In this document: one piece after another, positions 17,420 through 25,304 of the stretch
Layout: each line of letters starts with the position of its first letter
How positions within the stretch are numbered: the first letter of the stretch is position 1
Source: Nostoc punctiforme PCC 73102
Lineage (GTDB): Bacteria; Cyanobacteriota; Cyanobacteriia; Cyanobacteriales; Nostocaceae
Reading direction: 5' to 3'
DNA: 32,000 nucleotides
Assembly (NCBI RefSeq): GCF_000020025.1
Contig: NC_010628.1
Span: 5,610,001-5,642,000, forward strand
The notes under the pieces: generated by a model
Told to the model about the DNA's origin: nothing
Database searches by the model: none
The model's input: only the letters and a program-made list of their open reading frames with translations
Program-made: the position numbers and the translations under genes

Positions 17420-17992
17420 ATGTTGTCTAATCTAGATTTAATTCGAGAGTTTGTGCAAAACTCTATCCAGAAAAAAGAAATTTTGTTGTCAAATCCTGCT
17501 TTGACAGCGCAAACAGTGTATAAAACCAACCAATTGACAGCAAAAGGTGAAGGTGTGATTGCCACCTTCCAACTATCTAATACACTATTTGAATTCTTGA
17601 TTTCTCCAAAATCATCCCAGTGGGAATTAATAAATCAGGTATTAGCAGAATATAGTTATCTTCTCAAAGGAGAAGTAGATAGTCGGGGTTTTTATCAGTA
17701 TCAATACAGTGAAGTTCCCAAAGGCTATGAGATGCACTGTACTAAATCTGTACTTCTATGGCGAGCTTGGTGGAAATATCGCAAGTATACTTCAAGGCTA
17801 GGAATTCCCTTGGAACTTCTGATCAGGACGCGGGATTCATGGTATCCAATCCGAGATTTAATTATTAGTGATGGACTTCTTTATATCAAAACTTTAGGAA
17901 GCGAAATCGCGCTTGATTCAGAAGACTTAGTTACTTGGTTAAGCAAAATTGATGTAACTAAAACTAAAGAAATGCCTAGTACAGAGACATAA
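17420..17992 (+). CDS. Hypothetical protein (190 aa)
   Basis: Clean ATG ORF with a typical coding look and no overlapping alternatives. No family was recognised. A 7-bp hairpin ggcgtac-atct-gtacgcc follows at 18004-18021. Confidence 0.55.
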   Translation: MLSNLDLIREFVQNSIQKKEILLSNPALTAQTVYKTNQLTAKGEGVIATFQLSNTLFEFLISPKSSQWELINQVLAEYSYLLKGEVDSRGFYQYQYSEVPKGYEMHCTKSVLLWRAWWKYRKYTSRLGIPLELLIRTRDSWYPIRDLIISDGLLYIKTLGSEIALDSEDLVTWLSKIDVTKTKEMPSTET

Positions 17993-18098
17993 GTGTAGGT
18001 AGAGGCGTACATCTGTACGCCCCTATAGCCGATTAATTATTTTGCAAAGATTTTTAAAACTGGTATGACAACATATTAGGCAAAGGACGTGAAGAAAA

Positions 18099-19055
18099 AT
18101 GAAAGGACTTTGGCTCGAAAATAACCAGTTGCAACTACGTACAGATATTCCCATTCCTGAACCTCCACCAGGAGAAGCTTTGGTACGCGTCTTGCGTGCA
18201 GGTATCTGTAACACTGATTTGGAACTACTCAGAGGCTACTATCCTTACACTGGTATTTTGGGGCATGAATTTGTCGGCGTGGTTGAAAAAGGGCCAGAAC
18301 ACTTAGTTAACCAACGTGTAGTTGGAGAAATCAACGCTGTGTGTGGCCATTGTCGGTTTTGTCGGAGTGGACAACTAACTCACTGCGAAAATCGCACAGT
18401 TCTAGGTATTGTCAATCGGAATGGAGCCTTTGGTGAATATCTCTGTTTGCCGGTGGAGAACTTACATTTAGTACCTGATAATGTGCCCACCGAAGTAGCA
18501 ACATTTACCGAACCCATAGCAGCAGCTTTGGAAATTCAGCAGCAAGTACCATTGCATCCAAACGACAGGGTGCTAGTGGTTGGAGATGGCAAACTAGGGC
18601 AGTTGGTAGCACAGACACTAGCCTTAACTGGCTGCGAACTCTTGGCTGTGGGGCGACATCAAGAGAAACTTGCCAACTTAGAGGCACGGGGAATTAAAAC
18701 TGGTTTAGCTGATGCTGTCAAAGATGGATATTTCGATATCTCAGTAGAATGTACAGGCAACCCAGAAGGATTTGCGATCGCCCGGCGTGCCCTCCGTCCC
18801 CGTGGTACGCTTGTACTTAAAAGTACTTATGCTGGCAACCTCAGCCTAGATGCTTCTTCTTTAGTAGTGGATGAAATCACCCTCATCGGCTCCCGTTGTG
18901 GCCCCTTTACTCCAGCCCTCCAGCTACTAGCCACAGGACAAATTGACGTACAACCCCTGATTCATGCCACTTACCCCCTTATTGAAGGGCTTGCAGCTTT
19001 TGAACACGCCCAGAGTCGGGGTGTTTTAAAAATCTTGCTAGAAATTGGTCAATAA
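18099..19055 (+). CDS. Zinc-dependent alcohol dehydrogenase-like (MDR family) oxidoreductase
   Basis: 318 aa with GICNTDLE, GHEFVGVV, the structural-zinc cysteine cluster CGHCRFCRSGQLTHC, and the Rossmann motif VVGDGKLG. Confidence 0.88.
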   Translation: MKGLWLENNQLQLRTDIPIPEPPPGEALVRVLRAGICNTDLELLRGYYPYTGILGHEFVGVVEKGPEHLVNQRVVGEINAVCGHCRFCRSGQLTHCENRTVLGIVNRNGAFGEYLCLPVENLHLVPDNVPTEVATFTEPIAAALEIQQQVPLHPNDRVLVVGDGKLGQLVAQTLALTGCELLAVGRHQEKLANLEARGIKTGLADAVKDGYFDISVECTGNPEGFAIARRALRPRGTLVLKSTYAGNLSLDASSLVVDEITLIGSRCGPFTPALQLLATGQIDVQPLIHATYPLIEGLAAFEHAQSRGVLKILLEIGQ

Positions 19056-19060
19056 AAATA

Positions 19061-19090
19061 GTTAAGAGTTATGAATTAAGAGTTAAGAGT
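19061..19090. repeat. STRR heptamer array (GTTAAGA-type, ~4 copies)
   Basis: 7-nt periodicity just after the ADH stop codon. Confidence 0.65.
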
Positions 19091-19107
19091 GATTTTTGCT
19101 CATTCAC

Positions 19108-19395
19108 TTAATACAGATAAGGATTTGTCTTCGGTTGATAGTCAAGACAATCGATCGCTTCTTCTGTATTGGCAATAGATGGGCGTACAGTACATTTAAG
19201 ACGGTAATTGTCGGTAAAAAATTGGCAACCAGTACAGGGGATTTGATGCATTTGCTTGGCTGTAGTCACACTATCTCGCGCCGCCGTCCAGAGACTCAAA
19301 ACAACGAGAATAGTTACAGTCCAAGCAGTGATAAAGCATATTGGGATTAACAAAGGTTGAATCCCGTGAAGGAGGAAAGATATCAGTTCTAACAT
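19108..19395 (-). CDS. Hypothetical small membrane protein with a Cys-rich tail (95 aa)
   Basis: One or two hydrophobic helices (LLIPICFITAWTVTILVVLSLW) are followed by CTGCQFF...C...C. It lies immediately downstream of chlG on the same strand. Confidence 0.5.
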   Translation of the reverse strand: MLELISFLLHGIQPLLIPICFITAWTVTILVVLSLWTAARDSVTTAKQMHQIPCTGCQFFTDNYRLKCTVRPSIANTEEAIDCLDYQPKTNPYLY

Positions 19396-19412
19396 AGTAT
19401 GTCCTGATACAA

Positions 19413-19456
19413 ATTAGGAATTAGAAGTATATTAACTCCTAACTCCTAATTCCTAG
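19413..19456. repeat. Inverted heptamer pair (taggaattag / ctaattccta)
   Basis: 10-bp complementary arms separated by ~21 nt, located between chlG and the downstream small gene. Confidence 0.6.
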
Positions 19457-19478
19457 CTTCTTACTATAGAAGTATAAG

Positions 19479-20525
19479 TTAAACGCCAGCATGACCCAGC
19501 GCTAAACCTGTTACCAGCATTCCCAGCACTAGAAAAGGTTGGGCGCTAGCTTGGTACTTAACATCATTCTTCACAGGATCGCGCAAGAAATACATATCTT
19601 GCAAGGTGATTTGCGGGATGATTAATAGTACCAGGATTGCTGCATACAAATTCTCATGGATGCTGACGAGATAAGCTGCGATAAATCCTTGAAATACATC
19701 AATTGTCACTACACAGATCCATGCCGCAGTGGTGATACCAAACATTACGGGTAATGAATTTAATCCTAACTGGCGATCGCCTTCTACACTCTTAAAGTCA
19801 TTGACAATGGCAATACCCAATCCAGCCAAGCTGTAGAACATTGTCAAAATCACAATTGTGGAATTGAGATCGCCAAACAAAGCGTGTCCTGTAGACCAAG
19901 GTAGGGTGATATAGCTTGCACCTAAAGCGTAACTACCTAGCCAGCCGTTTTGCTTGAGTTTCAGGGGAGGTGCAGAATAAATATAGGCGATGAATGAACC
20001 GATAATTGCGATCGCTGTAATTGTCGGGAATTCATGACCAGACCACACATCGAGCGCAAACGCCAAACCATAGCCAGCAATCAGTAATACCCAAATCTGA
20101 ATAATTACCTGGGGTAGGGGAATTGCGCCAGAGGGAATCGGGCGATAGGGTTCATTGATGGCATCGATTTCGCGATCGTAGTAATCGTTAAGGATTTGGG
20201 TGTAACCCGTCATCAATGGCCCAGCCAGCAGCATACAGGTTAATACTTTCAACACATTTTCCAGTGTCCAAGTATAGTTACCCGAAGAAGCCGCACCACA
20301 GACTACGCCCCAAATTAGGGGAATCCAGGTAATCGGCTTCATTAGCTGCAAACGAATTTTCCAAATTGAAGTTTCCCCAGCAGCTGCACCTTTCATCCCC
20401 AGAAGCTGCCTAGTTTTCGCATTGCGATCGGCGGATGCGATCGCTTGCTCATTGGGATTATTTACCACTGAGTCTAATGCCTCGGATGGGTTAGGGTCTG
20501 GGGTAATGGGAGTTGATTCTGACAT
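19479..20525 (-). CDS. chlG: Chlorophyll a synthase (UbiA prenyltransferase family)
   Basis: 348 aa and polytopic, with the UbiA motif NDYYDREIDAINEPYRPIPSGAI. The length and N-terminal extension are typical of cyanobacterial ChlG. Confidence 0.9.
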   Translation of the reverse strand: MSESTPITPDPNPSEALDSVVNNPNEQAIASADRNAKTRQLLGMKGAAAGETSIWKIRLQLMKPITWIPLIWGVVCGAASSGNYTWTLENVLKVLTCMLLAGPLMTGYTQILNDYYDREIDAINEPYRPIPSGAIPLPQVIIQIWVLLIAGYGLAFALDVWSGHEFPTITAIAIIGSFIAYIYSAPPLKLKQNGWLGSYALGASYITLPWSTGHALFGDLNSTIVILTMFYSLAGLGIAIVNDFKSVEGDRQLGLNSLPVMFGITTAAWICVVTIDVFQGFIAAYLVSIHENLYAAILVLLIIPQITLQDMYFLRDPVKNDVKYQASAQPFLVLGMLVTGLALGHAGV

Positions 20526-20540
20526 AATTTTTACTGATTA

Positions 20541-20660
20541 ATTGGGAATTGGGAATTGGGAATTGGGCATTGGGCATTGAGAATTGGGCATTGATGATTA
20601 ACTTTTCCCCATTCCCTACTCCTTATTTCCCATGCCCCATGCCCTATGCCCCATGCCCAT
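20541..20660. repeat. Two opposed STRR arrays (ATTGGGA/ATTGGGC x8 versus CCCCATG/CCCTATG-type) forming a long potential hairpin
   Basis: The heptamers at 20541-20596 are largely complementary to those at 20607-20660. Confidence 0.8.
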
Positions 20661-20670
20661 ACCTGATAAC

Positions 20671-21771
20671 TTAAAACGAAATTATCAAATAATTATTCTG
20701 AAACTTTGCTCCAGCAACGGGTCTGCCACTTAGAGCCGGAGGTAAGGGAATATTCCGTCGCTGGTCTCCTGCTTCTACCGTGACTTCTGGCCCATATTGG
20801 GTGAGCTTAACTTGCTTTTTGTCAAATCCTGGCAAGAATAGGCGTACTTGACGATTGTGGATGTCTATTTCAATTGGTTTAGGAGCCTGTAAAGCTTGTG
20901 CTTCAAAGTTGGGTAGTGCGTCTATCAGTGCTTGCCAGTCAACTGTTGGCGAGTCGGGAACAACGCTCACAGGTAGGGGTATAAATTCCTCTGGCAGATT
21001 GACATTTGTCTCAGGAGATACAAGCAGAACACCACCGACAGTTAAACCAATTTGTTGAGCGCTACCCCATAAATAACGAGCATTTGCTACGTCAATTGGA
21101 TCTCCTGTGGTCACTAAGAAAGCAGCAAGACGCTTCGGATCGGCAAGAGCGGCTCTCCCTTTTTCCAAGAAATTATTGACTTGGTTGGTAGGCCCTGCAA
21201 AATTATCTGCTGTCCAGTTGATATTAAAAAAGCTGCTAATTAGCGGTTGGATTAAGGGCGATTCAGTAATAGTCTTACCCAAATCGGAGTTGACAAATAA
21301 TTGCCGAAATCGCCGGACATACCAACTGAGAGATTCTGGCAAACCCAACATTCGCAACGTTAAAGAGTCACCCGTGCCATCGTAGACGATCGCATCATAT
21401 TTGCCACTGGCATCATATTCGCGGATAGCATTGAGAGCTAGGGCGTTGTCCATCCCTGGCAATACTACCAGTTCTTGACCAAAAACATCTTTGAAGATGG
21501 GCGTGCGGAGATATTGTGCCTCCAGTTTTTTTACTTCGTCCCAGTTGCGCTCCAGCAGTACAGATGCTTGAAACTGTACCGCCTGTAACTTGGGAGCAAT
21601 CTCTTGAGGATCGGCAGCAATGGTAGTACCCAAAAGGATTGATAATGTTGGTTCTGCTTGTCCTGCTAGAAGTACGCGCTTGCCTTGACTTGCCAATAAT
21701 TTGGCGGCGGCGATCGCAATTTTGGTACGAGCGGTGCCGCCTTTGCCCAAAAATGTCAATATTAGAGCCAT
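20671..21771 (-). CDS. ArsA/Get3-like ATPase-fold protein with a degenerate P-loop and a C-terminal HSP20/alpha-crystallin-like domain
   Basis: 366 aa. The N-terminus reads LTFLGKGGTARTKIA where ArsA has GKGGVGKT. The C-terminal ~70 aa (IEIDIHNRQVRLFLPGFDKKQVKLTQYGPEVTVEAG...NNYLIISF) resemble the ArsA-associated HSP20-like domain. Confidence 0.7.
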   Translation of the reverse strand: MALILTFLGKGGTARTKIAIAAAKLLASQGKRVLLAGQAEPTLSILLGTTIAADPQEIAPKLQAVQFQASVLLERNWDEVKKLEAQYLRTPIFKDVFGQELVVLPGMDNALALNAIREYDASGKYDAIVYDGTGDSLTLRMLGLPESLSWYVRRFRQLFVNSDLGKTITESPLIQPLISSFFNINWTADNFAGPTNQVNNFLEKGRAALADPKRLAAFLVTTGDPIDVANARYLWGSAQQIGLTVGGVLLVSPETNVNLPEEFIPLPVSVVPDSPTVDWQALIDALPNFEAQALQAPKPIEIDIHNRQVRLFLPGFDKKQVKLTQYGPEVTVEAGDQRRNIPLPPALSGRPVAGAKFQNNYLIISF

Positions 21772-21891
21772 TATTTGATTCCTATTTTCACCGCCGATCT
21801 TTTCAATTCCAACTTAGCACTCAACAAAGATTCTCAGCCTGTGCTGGAAATTTTAAATGCCGAGAAAAACCCGAATCCGATCTCTTTACAA

Positions 21892-22080
21892 CTACACAGG
21901 TTTAATTTCATCTTCAAAAAACCAAGTGGAAGTATTGTCCTCAAACAGCACTACTACACCGATCCCAGCATCGATGACTTTGTAGCCTTGGATGATACCC
22001 ACTTGTCCTAGTTTTTTTACAATTGGGGGAGAAACGCGATCGCGCAAACGAAATACTTTAACCTTTTGTCCGATTTCCAT
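21892..22080 (-). CDS. DUF2862-like small SH3-fold protein, possibly cytochrome b6f-associated PetP
   Basis: 62 aa: MEIGQKVKVFRLRDRVS...WFFEDEIKPV. The length and terminal motifs match my recollection of the PetP/DUF2862 family, but this was not verified. Confidence 0.5.
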   Translation of the reverse strand: MEIGQKVKVFRLRDRVSPPIVKKLGQVGIIQGYKVIDAGIGVVVLFEDNTSTWFFEDEIKPV

Positions 22081-22265
22081 GCCTGATTACAATGCAACAA
22101 ACCAAGTCTCAGTGTAGCGGAATCCGTGACTCAACGGCCACTGATTCAGGGAGAGGTGAGGGGGATAAGGGAAATGAGGAAGAAAATTCCAGAATTTTAA
22201 CTTCTGCCCTAACAGAAAAATAACGGCTGCGATCGCAATCCTTGGCGGAACATTTGCGATCGTTA

Positions 22266-22470
22266 AAAATGGCAAGGGTGGGTATTTTGGTTAAATCCCA
22301 TAATGGCTATAGCTGAAGTTTATCGCGACTTAATTTTACTTGAGGAGGTTAAATATTGGAATGAATGGGGAGTTACTACTGCGATCGTTGCAATTTTATT
22401 TTGTCGGGGATTTTCGATATATAATTCCATCTATAAACAGTTAACCCCGGCGTTCGCTGAGGTACTGTAA
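22266..22470 (+). pseudogene. 3' remnant of a second ABC-2 (Wzm-type) permease gene
   Basis: It translates to VFWLNPIMAIAEVYRDLILLEEVKYWNEWGVTTAIVAILFCRGFSIYNSIYKQLTPAFAEVL*. This is collinear with the C-terminus of the intact permease (LVFWLNPIAAIAEVYRDIVLVGEVKHWGEWGVSSLIAVVVFFGGLWCYRRLRPAFADVL*). An in-frame TAA lies just upstream, and no upstream homology was found. Confidence 0.8.
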
Positions 22471-22483
22471 ACATCTTTGGTTA

Positions 22484-22534
22484 TGGTGTGGAAGTTTTGA
22501 GGATTGACAGCAAAAGCATGATAGAAGAAATTGC
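22484..22534 (+). repeat. Duplicated wzm-wzt junction, copy A
   Basis: ~43 of 49 aligned positions from 22486 are identical to 25254-25304. The match includes agttttgaggattgacagcaaaag, the ATG, and gaagaaattgc. Confidence 0.85.
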
Positions 22535-23756
22535 AATTCCCATCAAAAATCGTTTAGATGCACTAACTGCTCTGCGTGGTTTTGCATGTTTAATGGTAGT
22601 AGTTATTCACTGCAATCCTCCGAGAAATGCGATTTTTTATAAAGGTTACGATCTGAGTTAGCTAACATTTAGTTCCGGGCTGGTAGGTGTCTGGATTTTC
22701 TTTTCTCTGTCAGGATACTTAATGGGTAAAGCTTTTTACACTAAACGTTACACTGCTGATGTCCCAGGAGTTATCAATTTTTGGCGTAACCGATTGTTGA
22801 GAATCTGTCCTCTCTATTATTTTGCTGTATTGATTTCGGCTCTATTCGTTTATACCGATATTCTTAAAATAGAAAACTGGGGATATTTGTTTAGAATAAT
22901 TACGTTTACATACAATCATTCATTGCCACCAATATGGAATGGAGCGATGTGGTCTTTGTCAACAGAAGTACAGTTCTACATACTTGTTCCTTTCTTATAC
23001 ACTTTTCTATTACATCGTTTAGTCAGTAGAAAAGAGATTGTGGTTACATCTATTCTCATCATTTCTATTACTTTTTTTGTCAAGCTTATATTTTGGATTA
23101 CTTTCCGACATCAAATTAGTGAAGAACTTAAATATTTTAATAAATATTCCTATACTCAATTAGTGACAAACATGGATTTGTTTTTATGTGGTTTTATCGT
23201 TAATGGATTACTTTTTTATCAAAGCAAAATAATAACTAACTTTAAAAAGATTAAAGTCAATCAAACATATATGAAATATTTAGCTATTGTTTTGCTCATA
23301 ACTCTTTATATATTGACTGCTCATCATTTATACCATCAAGAGCTATGGAATTTACCAGAGCGTGCTGGCAAAGGTATGAGGACATCTACAACCTTTTTTA
23401 TTTGGCAACCAATAACTGCACTAATCACATCTTTTTTCATATTTGCATTTGAGTTTGACATTTATCAAGCTTCAATAAAAAATGAAGTTTTATCATTTAG
23501 CGTTATTTTAAGAAATCCATTAAGAGTAATGGAGTTGTTTGGGAATTTATCCTATGGTGTCTATATATGGCACATGCCAATTATCGCAAAAATTAATCCT
23601 ATATTTACATCACAAATTCCTATTGAGGCATTTTATATGAGATTAATTGCTACTCTTCTTTTATCAACTTTGTTAGCATCTATTACATATTTTGTAATAG
23701 AAATTCCATGCAGTAGGTGGAAGACCTACCAAAAGATTGAAATTGGAAACAATTAG
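22518..23756 (+). pseudogene. Acyltransferase family 3 (OafA/YrhL-like O-acyltransferase) interrupted by an in-frame TAG at 22659-22661
   Basis: ATG 22518 is in frame with the tracked ORF 22722-23756. The upstream part encodes MIEEIAIPIKNRLDALTALRGFACLMVVVIHC..., the typical acyltransferase_3 start. After the single TAG the frame continues LTFSSGLVGVWIFFSLSGYLMGKAF. The protein is polytopic, and the DNA is AT-rich (spot count 17 G+C in 23161-23220). Confidence 0.75.
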
Positions 23757-23767
23757 GCAATATTCAG

Positions 23768-24049
23768 ATGGCAACAGGTAGTAGAGAGCAGATGTATCAA
23801 CCAATTCCATGCCATTTGCCACAAGAGACCATGCCGACGATGTATGATTTACCTAGTGAATTAGTATGTGAATCAAATTTGCCAGACTAATTTCATTGCA
23901 TTCAGGCAGATTTGCTCAGTGAAACTTGTCAACCTCCCAACTACTCATCTGAGAAAATTTTAGTTTCTAGTGACTTTCGCAAGGAGTTTATCCAGTTGAT
24001 GAAAAATTCAGAAGTCAGAATTCAGGAGCAAAGCCAGAGGCTGAGATAA
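23768..24049 (+). pseudogene. Uma2-family (DUF820) endonuclease gene remnant
   Basis: It encodes MATGSREQMYQPIPCHLPQETMPTMYDLPSELVCESNLPD*FHCIQADLLSETCQPPNYSSEKILVSSD... The Uma2 N-terminal signature (MPTMYDLPSE...LPDEFH...LL..T..PPNY) is present. A TAA at 23888-23890 replaces the expected Glu codon, and the rest is truncated to ~90 codons. Confidence 0.65.
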
Positions 24050-24252
24050 GCAAAAACTTACCTTTTTCATAAAGAAAGCATCGTTACCGACAGAATTTAG
24101 ATTTTTAGTCAAAATATGCTCAAAAAAGTAGATTCATTGTATGATCGCCAAGACAATTTAGGTACTATTTTCTAGTAATGATCTATTCTTCAAGGAACAC
24201 AAGAGTGCTTTGCTCGCTATGAAAGCTTTATGAAAAATTAGGTGTATAAGTA

Positions 24253-25131
24253 GTGAACAAGGAAGCGACAATTGTACGAACGATCCGAAGTTTTGTACGT
24301 AAAGCAGGTAATATAAGGCGAATCCTGCCGATAAATGAACGGTTGTGGGCAAAGTTTGACTTGCTGAGAACTTTGGTGCGTCGGGATTTAGAGGCGCGTT
24401 ACAAGGGTTCTGTTTTGGGCAACTTGTGGCCTTTGCTAAATCAGCTATCACAGTTACTGATTTATACTTATGTTTTTTCCACCGTGCTGAAGGTGAAGCT
24501 AACTACTCTCAAGGGTTTACCAGCAAACGATTTCACCTTTGGTTTGTGGCTATTTGCAGGGTTACTTCCTTGGATTGCTTTTACGGGTGGTTTAATGCAG
24601 TCCGCTAATTCGGTACTTGGACAACCGAATTTAGTCAAGAAGGTGGTGTTTCCCCTAACTTTATTACCTCTAGTGCCAGTTTTGTCAACATTCATCGAGA
24701 GTTCTTTTGGTTTAATGGCATTGATTTTTTTCGTGGCGGTAAATACTCATACTTTACATGCTACCTTAGCGCTACTACCCTTGGTTTGGCTAACGCAGTT
24801 ATTGCTAACAGCAGGGTTAGGCTATTTAGCAGCAGCGCTAACGGTGTTTTTGCGAGATATTCCGCAGACTTTAGGAGTGATTTTAAATATTTGGTTTTAT
24901 GTGACACCCCTTGTTTATCCAGCATCAGCAATTCCAGAACAATGGCGGAGTTTGGTATTCTGGTTAAATCCAATAGCAGCGATCGCTGAAGTTTATCGTG
25001 ACATAGTTTTAGTTGGAGAAGTCAAACACTGGGGCGAGTGGGGAGTTTCCTCGCTAATTGCAGTTGTAGTGTTTTTTGGGGGATTGTGGTGTTATCGCCG
25101 CCTGCGTCCAGCATTCGCCGATGTATTGTGA
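24253..25131 (+). CDS. wzm: ABC-2 type polysaccharide export permease (Wzm/TagG-like)
   Basis: 292 aa with a GTG start. It has the LVRRDLEARYKGSVLGNLWPLLNQL signature and six hydrophobic helices, and sits directly upstream of the cognate ATPase. Confidence 0.85.
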   Translation: MNKEATIVRTIRSFVRKAGNIRRILPINERLWAKFDLLRTLVRRDLEARYKGSVLGNLWPLLNQLSQLLIYTYVFSTVLKVKLTTLKGLPANDFTFGLWLFAGLLPWIAFTGGLMQSANSVLGQPNLVKKVVFPLTLLPLVPVLSTFIESSFGLMALIFFVAVNTHTLHATLALLPLVWLTQLLLTAGLGYLAAALTVFLRDIPQTLGVILNIWFYVTPLVYPASAIPEQWRSLVFWLNPIAAIAEVYRDIVLVGEVKHWGEWGVSSLIAVVVFFGGLWCYRRLRPAFADVL

Positions 25132-25213
25132 ACTGACAGTTTGATAGGATGGAGTCATTTAGCTAGAGATGCCAGCATTAATTATGTAGTGACATCTGGC
25201 AAAATAAAATGAG

Positions 25214-25243
25214 TCCGTAGGCGTAGCCCGTCGTAGACATCGC
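25214..25243. repeat. Small dispersed repeat, uninterrupted copy (tccgtaggcgtagcccgtcgtagacatcgc)
   Basis: It is identical to the two halves of the split copy at 14587-14681, and lies in the wzm-wzt spacer. Confidence 0.75.
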
Positions 25244-25253
25244 ATTTTAGCTT

Positions 25254-25304
25254 TAGTGTGTGAGTTTTGAGGATTGACAGCAAAAGTATGGGTGAAGAAA
25301 TTGC
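25254..25304 (+). repeat. Duplicated wzm-wzt junction, copy B
   Basis: See 22484-22534. This copy contains the functional wzt start. Confidence 0.85.

Noticed and set aside
18023-19350. Tracked ORFs 18023-18214, 18505-18687 (-) and 19096-19350 (+).
   Set aside because: They overlap the ADH gene or the better-supported minus-strand membrane-protein ORF 19108-19395.
20855-22275. Tracked ORFs 20855-21058, 21107-21385, 21639-21905, 21775-22011 (+) and 22087-22275 (-).
   Set aside because: They are shadows of the ArsA-like and PetP-like genes. 22087-22275 runs antisense across the spacer and into the start of the wzm remnant, and it has no motifs.
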